A DNA stretch of 64,000 nt from the human T2T-CHM13v2.0 reference genome, Homo sapiens. The translations under genes and the position numbers were made by a program. The notes beneath the pieces are model-generated. The model saw only the letters and a list, made by a program, of their open reading frames with translations, ran no database searches and had not been told where the DNA came from. This document shows, piece after piece, positions 47,481 through 61,957 of this stretch (positions are counted from its first letter, which is position 1; the number at the start of each line of letters is the position of its first letter). The stretch is from assembly GCF_009914755.1 (NCBI RefSeq), contig NC_060947.1; one strand, written 5' to 3'.

Positions 47481-48479
47481 GGAGTATCTCTTTAAAAATG
47501 TTACAGGTTTCTTTTCCATGTAGGTCTTTACTGTGTAAGATTTATTCTATGTACTTTCATCCATTATCAATTTATTGCCTCTCTGCTTAGACTGAATCCT
47601 TCCATATATGCTGTTTGATAAACAACGTAATTCCATTAAGCATTTCTCCTTTCAAGTGAGCATGATGAAAGTGAGCTTTTTCAGTAGAGGATGGTGGAGG
47701 AACACTGAAGGGAAAAGAGGCATTCCTTCCATTTCCAGCAGAGGCAGGGTGAGTGAGTGGTGTGGGCAAGGCGATCAGTTGGAGCTATGCCACAACCACT
47801 GGCCCAGAACTCAAGGTCCCTCTGTGACCATGCAGCCTCCATCTGGCAATGATCTGTCCACAGTCGTCTTAATACAGAAACCAGGGCCCCGGAGGCTTCC
47901 TATCCACAGGAGCAACAGCGCAATTCCTCTCAACACTCCCACACTCCAAGGCCTCTCACCTGGGCCTGTGCACGTGAAGGCTTCTCTCCTGGCCCAGAGC
48001 TCTGATTCCCTGTGCAGGCCCTAGCACACGGCCCCCTTGTGGCCTGAAGGGTCCACACTGAGCTGCAAGCCCTCTGCAAACCTTCCACACATCTCGTGTG
48101 CAGTACAGGGCACCTGCTGCCTGGAGGGGTCCCACCCTATCTACCCACCCACATACACCCAAGCCACCCAGCTGCTGATCATCACCTCCCTGCCTGCACT
48201 CTGGAAGGTTGCCTTCTGCTTTTCCAGGGACTGTAAACCAGCACCAGCCTGGCTAACCAGACAACTTCTCTACCAAACCAGTGGACTGAACTACAACTTA
48301 TGCCATGAGAGATCCTTCCAACTGTTTCCTTCCTTGCGTACTTTCCCCTAGCCCTATGGTGTCATATCAAGGTTCCATAAATCTCAGAGTTGATCATAGT
48401 TGAATTATTTGTATTAAACTTATCCTGTTTAACCTATGTAGTTCCTATCTTTTGATTAGACCCATGCTGATTTCTGATG

Positions 48480-49990
48480 GCATTATTATTAGTATATTTT
48501 AACTTACTCATTCTCTGTCACTCTTTTGCCAATATATTGGTTTGTAAATCTTATATGTGTGTGTTGATGTATGTATATGCATATACATATATCATCTAGT
48601 AGTGATACTTTTGTCTAACAATTTATGTATAAGTTATTTTGGGTTTTCTAGTCCATAATCAAATCACCTATCAATAATGACAGATTTGTTTCTTCATTTG
48701 TAATTCTTACACTTTTATTATTCTTGCCTTACTGAGTAAATTAAGATCTCCAATAGAATCAAGGGAAACTATTTCTCAATCTCAAAAAAGAAAGCTTTCA
48801 ATATTTCAAAATTTAGTGGACATTTATTAAAGTTATTAAAGATGTCCTTCAGTTAAGAAACTTTCTTTCTCTTCATAGATATCTGAAAAGTTTTATTATG
48901 AATGCAGTTTGAGTTTATTGGACACTTTTTTACTACATGTACTGAAATAATGATATGATTTCCATGCTTTGGATTAATATGGTGGAGGACACTAATTTAT
49001 TTCTTAATGATAGACCGTCTTGGTCTTGATATGTTACTTTGTTCATACATTGTTGAATTTACTTTGCTAATATTTTCTTGAGGATTTTCCATCTATTTCC
49101 ATGAGTGTGATTGATCTCTTATTGTCGTTTATTTTTGTGTCCATCATCATATTCACTTTCAAAATTTTACTACATGATATAAATAGGAAAATGTTCTTTT
49201 TTTCTCATATATTCCTTAGAAGACTTTGTATAAGATTGGGATCATTTTCTTATTTAATATTTGATGAGCTTAGAGGATTTCATTTTTGGTTTTAATTCTT
49301 TGGGGAAACTTTTTTAAATGACCCATTTGTTTCTTTTAATAACTATAGGTCTATTCTTGATTTTCATATTGTCTTGAGCCAAGTTTGTTATATTTTTCAA
49401 GCATTTGCTAATTCATCTACACTTTCAAAAATATTACCACAACGTATCACATATTTTCTCATCATCTTTATCACTGAGACACATTATGCATATACAAAAT
49501 GTGAATAATATATAAATATGCATATAAAATATGCATATACAGTCCTATATTTCAAACAGTGTATGCTTTCTCTTTCAAATTTAGGTCCATGCAGAAGGAG
49601 TGTTTTTATGATGGGACGGAGAGGCCCAGTTTTTCCAAGAATAATTATGAAAAAGACAATTTCCCATGGTCTGCAGTGCTACAATGATCATTAACCAAGT
49701 GTTTCACATACAAATGAGTCTGACTTCACACCTTGTCCTTTCTCAAATGAAGCTTCATTTGCTTGGACATTAAATTTTATGTAAATTTTAGAAGTGGCTT
49801 ATCAATTTCCACACACCAAGAATACAGAATTTGTTATGGGATTGTTTTTACTATAAAAATTTCAGAATAGGCATCTTTAAAATATATAACATTTTAGCCT
49901 ATTAACTTGAACTATCTCTTCACTTATTTGTCCCATTTTTACTCTCCATAACATTCTATTGTTTTCTAGTGAAAGATGATTTTATTTTTA
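48480..49990 (-). mobile_element. Diverged L1M ORF2 fragments
   Basis: 'ttgttgaatttactttgctaatattttcttgaggattttccatctat' and related L1 antisense motifs. Confidence 0.65.
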
Positions 49991-50154
49991 TTAGTTATGC
50001 AAATGTTTTATTATTTTAAGTGGCAGAAGAAAGGTCTGAGGTCCAGAACCTGGTGGACAGTGGGGTGAGTGGAGGTGGGATAGCTGTGTGAGGGAGAGAT
50101 TACTGGATAAGGAAATACTGGATCTGAGAATGGAAAGATAAAACCTGTGCAGAT

Positions 50155-53100
50155 GGAGTGATGTCACGCAGATGGCAGAATAGGTAGTCACCCCTTTGTA
50201 TCCTCTCACAACACAAATTCTGCACCCATCCATGGACAAAAGTCTCTTTGTGGGAACCTTGGGATTCAGGTAGAAGGTGTAACTCCTCAGTGGTGTCCAA
50301 GACCTAGGAAGGTCATTTGGCAAGTGCAGACCTGCACCCAGGTGGAAGATCCCCATGACTGTGATCCCAACTTCAGACCCCAAAACAATCGTGTTTCCCA
50401 AGGAGCTTGGTTACAGCCCCATGTGGCCTTGAGCCTGGTACCAAAACCATCCAACAAGGGGTCCAGGAGAAATCATGCACACTAGTGCCCTGGCAGACAA
50501 ACCCATCTTCCCCAAACACTGGTCTCGACAGTGGACCTGAAAGTTATCCTGTAGCTTAATTCTAGTCCTCCTCAGATGTGGTTCCAGCTTGGTATGCTAT
50601 AACAAGGATCCAGAGGGACACTTTCCCATTGGTGCCACCAGTTTGGGCTTGCCAGCCTCTGTCCCACAGCAGATTCTGAAGGGGTCCTGTGGGACTCCAG
50701 CCCCTCTCTGCCACAGCCTCAGAGTTATCCTGCTCATGCTGAAAACTGCTGGGAGACTAGCCCATCTGTGCCACTATGAAAAGCTTGCAAGCCTTCACCT
50801 CACAGCAAAGCCTGAAAACCCTGAATCTCAGCTATAGCTCCTTTCAGCTGTGGTTTGTGAACAATCCTAGCTGGAGAGGGATCTGCTGGGAGTCTCATCC
50901 ACTAGTGCCACTGGGTCAGGCTTGCCAATATTGGTCCCATGGAAGATTCTGAAGTAGCCCTGAAGCTTCTTTCCAGCCCCTCCCAGCTGTAGTTCAGAAG
51001 CAGTTCTGTCCAGCTATGGTACCCCCAGGAGACATACCTGTCTGATTCTCTGTGGCAGGATTGCCAACTTCTGTCTCACAGCAGATCCTCAAATTACCCT
51101 GGATCTCAGTCCCAGCATTTCTCATCTCTGGACTAAGAGCAGTTCTGCCCACCTGGGGACCCGAGGGGAGGCTTCTCCAACAGTGCCTCTGTAGGCAGAT
51201 GGTCTGACCTTTGTCCCATTTTGTGGATCTTAAAATGGCCCAATAAATTGGGTCCAGGCTTTCTCATCTGCAGCTTGACAGCAAGTTTGCTTACCCAGGA
51301 TATCACCAGGACACACACCTATCCATGACCCTGAAGACAGGCCTATAGATCTCAGTTTTGGCTGTGGATCCTGATCCAATCTGGGTCTCAGTTTCAGCCC
51401 ATCTTAGCCACAGACCGGGGCAGTATGGTTAGTCCAGTGACCCATTCGGTGATCCAACAGAAACCTCTCAGAGACCTGGAGAAAGCCACACCAGTCAGCA
51501 CATTTGGAAGTAGGCCCAACATTTGCCAACCCTGAAGCCAACATTTATCCCAGCACCAGCTTCATAGATCAAAGTCTTAGACACAGTTCAGTCCACTCAG
51601 GGGCCAGACAAAACCCACACCTGCTACAGCCCCTGGTAAGAGACCTACCAACTGTGGTGTTTACTGTGAACATAGCATTAGCCATGGGACTTGGATTCTA
51701 CCCCCCTCAGTGCAATCCTGGAGGCTATCCCATCAGCCCAGAGACGTAACAGAAGATTTTACCTTGCCAAACCAGTCTGTAAAGACCGAAGGAGGGGTTT
51801 GGGCCTCCAAATGTGCAGATACTAACACAAAGCTATATGGTAACAAAGAATAAGGCAAACTTGACACCACCAAAGGAAACTTATGAAGTTCCAATAATCA
51901 ACCCCAAATTAATAAATATATGCAAATTATCTGAAAAAGAATTCAAAATAATTATCCTAAAGAATCTCAATGAGATGTGTGAAAACCCAGATAGACAACT
52001 AAATGGAATCAGGAAAACAATTCATCAACAAAATGAGAAGTGTCATAAAGAAATAAAAAGCCATAAAAAGAATAAAACAGAAATCCTGGAGCTGAAGCAT
52101 ACAATGACAGGACTGAAAAGATGCAATAGTTTCAGCAGCAGACTCAATCATGCAGAAGAAAGAACTAGTGAACTTGAAGATACCTATCAATAATTACTTT
52201 AAATGTAAGTGGATTAAATTATCCAATGAAAAGACAAAGAGTAGCTGAATAATTTTTTAAAAAAAACAAGATGCTGCCTACAAGAGACTCACTTTAGCCT
52301 TGAGAATACACATAGACTGAAAGTGAAGGAATGAAAAAAGATATTTCAGGCAAATTTTAAGCAAAAGAGAGCAGGAGTGGTTATGTGCTTATATGATACA
52401 AAATAGGCTTTAAGTTGTCATTCACCATTATCAAGTGGGACTTAACATCTGTGATGCAAGGATGGTTCAACATATGCAAATCAATAATTGTGATACACCA
52501 TATTAACAAGATAAAGGAAAAAATCTATATAATCATCTCAATAGATGCAGATAAAGCATTTGAACAAGATTCAACACGCTTTCATGAGAAATACTCTCAA
52601 GAAATTATGCATAGAAGGAACGTACCTTCACACAATAAAGGTCATATATATAAAAAGCCCACTGCTAATGTCATATTTAATCATGAAAAGTTGAAAGTTT
52701 TCCCTGTAAGACCAGAAAGAGGACAAAAGTGCCCACGCTCACCATTTCTACTTAACATAGTACTGGCAGTTCTAGCCAGAACAATTAAGAAAAAGAAATA
52801 AAAGGCATCCAAATAAGAAAGGAAGAAGTGAAACTGTCTCTGTTTGCTGATGACATAATCTTATGTAGAGAAAACTTTAAAGGCTCCACCAAAAAACTGT
52901 TAGAAGTGATCAGGAATTCAGTAAAACAGGCAGGATACAAAATCAATAGACAAACTCAGTAGTATTTCTTTACACTAACAATTAACTATGGGAAAAAACT
53001 AAGAAGTCAATCTCATTCACAATAGAATCAAAAAGTAAAAAATAAAGTAGTTAGGAGTAAATTTAACCAGGAAAGTTAAAGATTTCTGTACTGAAAACTA

Positions 53101-54400
53101 TAAAACAATTACTAGTAAGAAAACATAGAAGAAAAGCTGCACAACATTGGTCTGGGAAAGATTTCTTAGATATGACTCCAAAAGCACAAGCAACAAAACC
53201 AAAAATAAACAAATGGGATGGCATCAATAAAAAGCTTCTGCACAGCAAAGAAAACAATTAATAGAGTAAAAAGACAACCCATGAGTTGGGAGAAAATATT
53301 TGCAAACCATACATCTAATAAAGGGCTAATACATACAACAGGTAAGAATCTCATACAAATCAATAGCATGAAAAGAACAAACCCAATTAAAAAAGGGCAA
53401 AAGACCATTTCTCAAAAAAGACATATAAATGGCCAAAAATATGTTGAAAAAATGCTCAACATCACTAATCATCAGAGAAATGCAAATCAAAACCACAATG
53501 AAATATCACCTCAGCCCAGTTAGAACGGCTATTTTTAAAATGGCCACTTTTAAAAAGACAAAAAAAAAAATGCTGGTGAAGATGCAGAGAAAAGGGAACT
53601 CTTACACATTGTTGGTGGAAATGTAAATTTGTACAGCCATTATGAAAAACAGTACGACGGTTCCTCAAAAAATTGAAAGTAGAACTACCATGTGATCCAT
53701 CAATCTGATTTCTGGGTATATATCCAAAGGAAATGAAATTAGCATGTCAAAGAGATATGTGCACTCCCATGTTCATTGCAGGATTATTCACAATAGATAA
53801 GATATGGAAGCAATCTAGGTGTCTGTTATTGAATGAATAAAGAAAACATGGGAGATATATATATATACACACACAAACACAGTGGAATACTATTCAGCCA
53901 TAAAACAGAATGAAATCCTGTCATTTGTGGCAAATGGGTCAATCTAGAGGACAACATGAATGGAATTGTAGAACATTATTCTAAGTAAAATAAGCCAGAC
54001 ACAGAAAAACAAACACCACATAATGTCACTCATCTGTGGAATCTAAACAAGTCGATTTTATAGGAATAGAGAATAGAATGTGGTTAAAAAGGCTAGGGGA
54101 GAGGGTGGAGAGGGAAAGGGGAGTTGTTGATCAAAGGGTACAAAATTTCAGTTAGAAAGGAGGAATAAGCTCTAGTAATCTAGCACAGAATGGTGACTAT
54201 AATAAATAATAATGCATTGCATATTATAAAATTGCTAAAAGATCATATTTTAAATGTTTTTACCACAAAAATAATACGTGAGGTGATGGGTTTGTTAATT
54301 AGCTTAATTATTCAACAATGTAAACATATATCAAAACACCAAATTGTACCCCACAAATATGTAATATATACTGTTACTATTTGTTTATTAAAAATGTTTT
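50155..54400 (+). mobile_element. L1M/L1MA with both ends retained, a tandem-monomer 5' UTR and three large internal deletions
   Basis: 5' end GGAGTGATGTCACGCAGATGGCAGAATAGG; ORF1 N-terminus (ORF 51813-52193 LSEKEFKIIILK); EN start YLSIITLNV at ~52181; RT MQGWFNICKS (ORF 52415-52801); L1MA 3' end; candidate TSD 50139-50154 / 54401-54416. Confidence 0.88.
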
Positions 54401-56229
54401 TAAAATCTGCAAAGATGCTTCCAATAGAGAAAAAAGCACAGGTGAAGACATGGAGGTCTATGAAAGAGGAGTAGGGGAGCCACATTGTGGCATGCAGCTG
54501 CTCATCAATGTGTAGATTTTAAAGGAGAATGTGTGGATTTTGAGGTTCTAATTCTGGCTCCTCATATTCTCCATCTGGGATTTCATATTTAATACCAAGT
54601 GACTAAAAATTATTAAAAATTTGACAACCTGTGTCATCTTGAACATGGTGAGCAATGAGAACACTTTCAGTTGGAGGTAATGCACAATGGAACAGGCACA
54701 TTGGAGATTAGGCAGTATTGAGTGGAACAAAACATGCAAATTAAATAAAATGTTCAAATATTCATTGATGTTGGGATGCTACTTCTGTATACTGCCCTTT
54801 TTAATGCTCCCTAGACCCTCATTCTTTTTCCTCATAACTGACTTTGAAACAAACTACCTACAAACACATTGTTTCATGGTCTGTTTTTAGTGGTAACATA
54901 GGCTAAGACAAGCTAAAAATCTCATCAGTAGAAATACAGATAAAAATTATTCTATGGATATTTTAAATGAAAACTTATTCAGCGATTAAACAGAATTGAG
55001 CATATTTACAAGTATCTTCATAGTTAAATCTCAAAACTATGATGTTAATTGAAAGAGAATATTTTTGAATGAGAGTCTATTGTTTCAGGGAAAATGGGAA
55101 GGGAAGAGAAAATTCAGAAATCACTCTACAGCTGACAAGGTGTTATTAATATGAGAGGGCTAGATGGATATATTACTAAGAGAAAGGAAAACGTGCAGAA
55201 TTGTGTGTAAGTATGTTATCATCTCTGTCTAATAAAAGCAGAAAAATGGAGAATTTGTGTTTGCAAATCCTTGCAAATGCTGGTAATTTCAAGAGAAGGA
55301 TGTGTAAAAATGGATGAGCCATAGATGCCTACAAGAAGGAAGAAGTTGGGGGACAAGATAGTAAAAGAAGTCTTGTATTCACTCACTATTCTTTTTACAT
55401 TTTGATTTTTTGCCATGTGCATGTTGCAAACATTTAACGTGAATAATATTTCAAAAATAACATTTATACTTTGCTCCTAATATTATAACTTTTCTCTCCC
55501 TCTTCTTTTCTGCTCCATTCCTCTGTAGGTATATATGTAGACAGAGATTTGGGAAATAAAAATGGAAATTACAAGGTGTTATTACTGGTTACTTCCAGGT
55601 GAGAGGGGGCTTTGGAATAATCGCTGCATTCCTTCATTTTTTTTTTTTTTTTTTACTTTCTATACTGCTGGAATTTTGTGTAATGAATATCTCAAATTTG
55701 CAAAACACCAAACAATATAATCTGTAAGTGAAATAATTCCGAGGATTCTTGGATCACCACCATTATTCGTACCCCTGTGGAATAGGCCCAGATCCTTATG
55801 GACTCAAAATACACTTTAATAATAAAATCCTTTAGCATATAAAAAATTTAAAGTATATTTGTTAAAATGCAAAATACACACAGAACAATACAACACACAT
55901 AACACTTTTGGATAAATATTTAAATATTTCCTCTTGAGGTCAGGAACAACACAAGGATTCTGTCATTGTTCATATTTAGCATTGTATTGGAGATCCAAGG
56001 AAAAGAAATAATACATTAAAAATAAATACAAGGGGAAAGTGTTGAAAAGACAAAACTAACATCAGTATTTGCAAATGATACGATTGTGTACATAAAAAAT
56101 AGAAAAGCATCTGCAAATTGTTAGATTTTTTTCAGCTGTATTGAGGTATAATTGACAAAATTATATATATTTAAGGTATGTAATGTGATGATTCGATATA
56201 TGTATATATTGTGAAATGATTATCACAAT

Positions 56230-58677
56230 TGTGTTAGTCTGTTTTGTGTTGCTCTAAAGGAATACCTGAGACTGGGTAATTTATAAAGAAAATGGTTTAT
56301 TTGGGCTGATGGTTCTGCAGGCTGTACAGGAAGTGTGGTGGCAGTATCTGCTGCTTGTGAGGACCTTAGGAAGCTTCCAATCATAGTAGAAAATGAAGGA
56401 GTAGGCATGGCCCAGGGTGAGAGCAGGAGTGGGGGCTGGGGGAGGCGCCACACTCTTTTAAACAACCAGATGTCACACGAACTGCAATAATGAGAACTCA
56501 CTCATCACCAAGGGGATGGCACTAAACCATTCATGAGGGATCTATCCCCATGATCCAAACACCTTCCACCAGGCCCCACCTCCAACACGGGATGATATTT
56601 CAACATGAGATTTGAAGGGGACAAACAACCAAACCATATTATTACATTCCTAGACCCCCAAATTTTAAGTCTTTCTCACATTGCAAAATACAATCATGCC
56701 TTCATAATAGTCCCCCAAAGACTTAACCCATTCCAGCATTACTTCAAAAGTCCCAAGTCCCAAGTTCCACGTCCAAAGTCTCATCTGGAGATGAGTTCCT
56801 TTCACGTATGAGCCTGTGAGATAAAAAACAAGTTATTTACTCGCAAGATACAATAGTAATATAGGCATTGGGTATACATTCCCATTTCAAAAGGGAGAAA
56901 TTGGCCAAAAGAAAGAGGCAATAGGCATCACATAAGTCTGAAACCCAGCAGGACAGTCACTAAATCTTACAGCTCCAAAACAATCTCCCTTGACTCCATG
57001 TCCCATAACTAAGGCACACTGGTGTAAGGAGTAGACTCCTGAGGCCTTGGGCAGCTCTGCTCCTGTGGCTTTGAAGGGTGTAGCCCTCATGGCTGCTCTC
57101 ACTAGTAGGAGATGAGTGTCTTCAGCTTTTCCATGCTGAGGTTGCAAGCTGCTGATAGTTCTACCATTCTTGGGTCTGGAGGGCAGCAGCCCTCTTCCCA
57201 CAGCTCCACTAGGCAGTGCCCTGGTGGGGAGTCTGTGTGAGGGCTCCAAACCCACATTTCCCCTTGGCACTACCCTCTGTAGGGGGCCATCTCTTGCAGC
57301 AGGCTTCTGCCTGGGCACCCAGGCTTCCTCATAATCCTCTCTAATCTAGGTGGGAGCTGCCAAGCCTCCTTCACTCTGGCACTCTGTGCACCTGAAGACT
57401 TAACACAACATGGAAGCCACCAAAGCTTATGGCTTATGCCCTCTGGAGCAGTAGCCTGAGCTGTACCTACAGCCCTTTGAACCACAAGTCAAGCCAGAGA
57501 GGCTGGGATGTGGGAAACAGTGTCCTAAGGCTAAGCAATTCAGCGGTTCCCTGTGCCTGGCTCCTGAAACCATTCCTTCTCCTAGGTCTCTGGGCCTGTG
57601 ATGGGAGGGGCTGCATCAAAGATTTCTGAAGTGCCTTTGAGGCCTTTTTCCCATTATCTTGGATATTAGCACTTGGCTCCCTTTTAGTCATGCTAATCTC
57701 TTTAGCAAGTGGTTGCACCACAGCCTGATGGATTCTTTCTCTACCACTGGGCCAGACTGCAAATTTTCCAAACTTTTACATTCTGCTTACCTTTTAAATA
57801 TGAGTTCCAACTTTAAGTCCTTTCTTTGTTCCCACATCTGAGCATAGGCTGCTCAAAGCAGCCAGGTCACATTTTGAATTCTTTGCTACTTAGAAATTTC
57901 TTCCACCAGATATGCTTCATCATCAAGTTCAAACTTCCACAAATTCCTACAGCATGGACACAATGCAGCCAAGTCCTTTGCTATGATATAACAGGGTGAC
58001 CTTTGCTCCAGTTGCCAATACCTTCCTCTTTTCCATCTGAGAGCTCATCAGCCTGGCCTTAACTGTCCATATTTCTATCAGCATTTTGGTCACAACCACT
58101 TAAGTCTCTAAGAAGTTCCAAACTTTCCCTCTTCTTCTTGCCTTCTTCTGAGACCTTCAAACTCTTCCAGCCTCTGCCTGTTATGCAACTGCAAAGCCAC
58201 TTCCACATTTTCAGGTATCTTTATAGCCATACCCCACTCCTATTGGTAACATAGTACCAATTTTCTGTGTTAGTCCTTTTTGCGTTGCTATAAAAAAATA
58301 CCTGAGACTAGTAAATTTATCAAGAAAAGTGGTTTTTCTTGGCTCATGGTTCTGCAGGTGATACAGGAAACATGTTGCTGGCATCTGCTTCTGGTGAGGG
58401 TTTCAAGAAGCTTCCAATCATGGTGGAAGGTGAAGAAGGACATGTGTCACATGGCAATAGCAGGAGTGGGAGGTGTAAGTGCCACACTCTTTTAAACAAT
58501 CAGATCTCATGTGAACCACAAGAGTAAGAACTCAATCATCACCAGGGGAATGGTGCTATGCCATTTGTGAGGAATCTGCACCCATGATCAAAACACCTTC
58601 CACCAGGCCCCACCTCCAACACTGGGGGTGACATTTCAACATGAGATTTGATGGGAACAAACATCCAAACCATATCA
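56230..58677 (-). mobile_element. Full-length MST MaLR element (LTR 56230-56641, internal, LTR 58266-58677)
   Basis: Two similar LTRs (TGTGTTAGTC...AAACCATATYA); MaLR internal ORF remnants (GNVGLEPSHRLPTRALPSGAVGRG); TSD ACAAT/ACAGT. Confidence 0.93.
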
Positions 58678-59144
58678 ACAGTCAAGCGAGTTAACACATC
58701 CACCACCTCACGTAGTCACCTTTGTGTGTGTGTATGTGTGTGTGTCTAGTGAGAACACTTAAGATCTACCCTTTCAGCAAATTTCAAGTATACAATACAT
58801 TGTTATCAACTATAGTCACCATTCTGTACATTAGAACTCTAAAACTTATTAATCTTATAACCTAAAGTTTGTACTTGTTGACCAATATCTCTCCATTTTC
58901 TCTACCCCTCCAACCCCTGGCAACTACCATTCTACTCTCTGTTTGCATGAGTTTGACTATTTTAGATTCCATATATATGTGAGATCATACTGTACTTCTC
59001 TTTCTCTGTGTGACTCATTTCACTCAGCATAATGCCTGCAAGGTTCATTCATGTCTTCTCAGGTGAAGGGATTTCCTTATTTTAATGGCTGAATAATATT
59101 CCAGTATGTGTGTGAGTGTGCATGTGTGTGTTCTTGTGTGTGTA

Positions 59145-59488
59145 CTGTTGGCCACCCATATCCATATGCTTCACTTTCATTTATTCAACTGAGTAGGGAT
59201 TTAAAATATATGAAAAAATTATATGTGTACTTAATGTGTACACTATTTTTCTTGTCATTCCCTAAACAATATAGTATAACAGCCATTTACACAGCATTTG
59301 CATTGTGTTAGGTATTACAAGTTTTATAAATAATTTAGAGATGATTTAAACTATTGATATATAGGTAGATGTGGATAGGTTATATGCAAATATTATGCTG
59401 TTTTATATGAGAGACTTGAGCATCCATGGATTTGGGTATCCATAGGTGGTCCTGGAACCAATCCCTTACGGATACCAAGGGACTACTA
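59145..59488. mobile_element. Tigger3 (MER7-type) DNA transposon
   Basis: 'tagagatgatttaaac...taggttatatgcaaatattatgc...gtcctggaaccaatccc...ggataccaagggactact'; TA flanks. Confidence 0.85.
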
Positions 59489-59918
59489 TATATACATGTT
59501 TTCATGTCCTAGCTACTGTGAATAATGCTGCAATGAACATAAGGGTGCAGAAATCACTTCAAGATAGTGATTTCATTTCCTCATATATCCAGAAGTAGGA
59601 TTGCTGGGTCAACTGGTAGTTCTATTTTTAATTTTTTTGAAACTTTCATACTGTTTTCCATAATAGCTGTATCAATTTACATTTCCACCAATATTGCACA
59701 AAGTTTCACTTTTTTCCACATCCTCACCAGCATTTGTTATGTATTGTCTTTTCAATAATCATCTTAAGAAGTGAGAGGTGATATCTCATTGTGGTTTTGA
59801 TTTGCATTTCCCTGATGATTAGTGATGTTGAGCATTTTTCATGTACCTATTAGCCATGTCCCTGTTTGTATGTCTTCTTTGGGAAAATGATTATTCCCAA
59901 ATTATTATTATGGACTAC

Positions 59919-61957
59919 TTTATTAGTCCATTTTCATGCTGCTGATAAAGACATCCCCAAGACTGGGCAATATACAAAAGAAAGAGGTTTAATTAACTTA
60001 CAGTTCCACTTGGCTGGGGAGGCCACACAACTGCAGCAGAAGGTGAAAGGCATGTCTCACATGGTGGCAGGTAAGAGAAGAGGGCTTGTGCAAAGAAACT
60101 CCCCTTTGTAAAAACCATCAGCTCTCATGAGACTTATTGACTATCATGAGAACAACACAAGAAGGAGCTGCTCCAATGATTCAATTACCTCCCACTGGGT
60201 CCCTCCCATAACACATGGGAATTCAAGATGAGGGTTGAGTGGGGACACAGCCACACCATATCACTCCACCCCGGCCCCTCCCAAATCTCATGTCCTCACA
60301 TTTCAAAACCAATCATGCCTTCCCAACCGTCCCCCAAAGTCTTAATTTATTTCAGCATTAACTCAAAAATCCACAGCCCGAAGTCTCATCTGAGACAAGG
60401 CAAGTCCCTTCTGCCTATGAGCCTGTAAAATCAAAAGCAAGTTAGTTACTTCCTAGATACATTGGGGGTACAGGCATTGGATAAATACAGCCATTCCAAA
60501 TGTGAGACACTGGCCAAACAAAGGGACTACAGGCCCCATGCAAGTCCAAAATCCAGCAGGGCAGTCAAATCTTAAAGCTCCTGAATGATTTCCTTTGACT
60601 TCATGTCTTGCATCCAGGTCACGCTGATGGAAGATGTGGGATCCCATGGTCTTGGGCAGCTCTGCCCCTGTGGCTCTGCAGGGTACAGCCTCCCTCCCAG
60701 CTGCTTTCATGTGCTAGTGTTGAGTGTCTGCGGCTTTTCTAGGTACACATTGCAAGTTGTCAGTGGATCTACCATTCTGGGGACTGGAGAATGGTGGCCC
60801 TCTTCTCACAGCTCCACTAGGCAGTGCCCCAGTAGGGACTCTGTGTGGGGGCTCCAACCCCACATATCTCTTCCCCACTGCCATAGCAGATGTTCTCCAT
60901 GAGGGCCCTGCCCCTGCAGCAAACTTCTGCCTGGACATCCAGGAGTTTCCATACATCTTCTGAAATCTAGGTGGAGGTTCCCAAATACTAATTCTTGACT
61001 TCTGTTAACTCGCAGGCTTAACACCACATGGAAGCGGCCAAGGCTTTGGGCTTGCACCCTCTGAAGCCATGGCCCAAGCTCTATGTTGGCCCCTTTCATC
61101 CATGGCTGGAGCAGCTGGGACGCAGGGCACCAAGTTCCCAGGCTGCACACAGCATGGGGACCCTGGCCCCAGCCCACTAAACCACTTTTTTCTTCTAGGC
61201 CTCCAAGCCTGTGATGGGAGGGGCTGCCATGAAGACCTCTGACATGTCTTGGAGACATTTTCCCCATTGTCTTGGGAATTAATATTCAGCTCATTACTTA
61301 TGCAAATTTCTGCAGAGGGCTTGAATTTCTCCCTAGAAAATGGGATTTTCTTTTCTATTACATTGTCTGGGTACAAATTTTTCAAACTTTTATGCACTGC
61401 TTCCTTTATAAAACTGAATGCCTTCAACAGCACCCAAGTCACCTCTTGAATGCTTTGCTGCTTAGAAATTTCTTCCACCTCTCTCAAGTTCATCTCTCTC
61501 AAGTTAATCTCTCTCAAGTTCAAAGTTCCACTAATCTGTAGGGCTCTTTGCTAAGACATAACAAGAGTCACCTTTGCTCCCATTCCCAACAAGTTCCTCA
61601 TCTCCATCTGAGACCACCTCAGCTTGGATTTCATTGTCCATATCATTAAAAGCATTTTGGTCAAAGCCATTCTACAAGTCTCTAGGGAGTTCCAACCGTT
61701 CCCACATTTTCCTGTCTTCTTCTGAGCCCTTCAAACGGTTCCAACCTCTGCCTGTTACCCAATTCCAAAGTTGCTTCCACATTTGGGGCATTTTTTCAGC
61801 AGTGCTCCACTCTACTGGTACCAATTTACTGTATTAGTCCATTTTCATGCTGCTGATAAAGACATACCCGAGACTGGGCAATTTACACAAGAAAGAAGTT
61901 TAATAGACTTACAATCTCAAGATGAGATTTGGGTGGGGACACAGCCAAACCATATCA
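59919..61957 (-). mobile_element. THE1 (THE1B-like) element: LTR 59919-60263, internal, internally deleted LTR 61830-61957
   Basis: 'tattagtccattttcatgctgctgataaagacat' LTR ends; THE1-int ORF remnants (EEISKQQSIQEVTWVLLKAFSF; VGLEPPHRVPTGALPSGAVRRGPP). Confidence 0.93.

Noticed and set aside
47940-48475. GC-richer stretch as an exon or promoter
   Set aside because: It resembles old ERV-L-type LTR debris and has no convincing splice or ORF signal. The family could not be assigned.
60453-61541. Long overlapping ORFs up to 172 aa
   Set aside because: These are standard THE1-internal ORF remnants present in thousands of copies.
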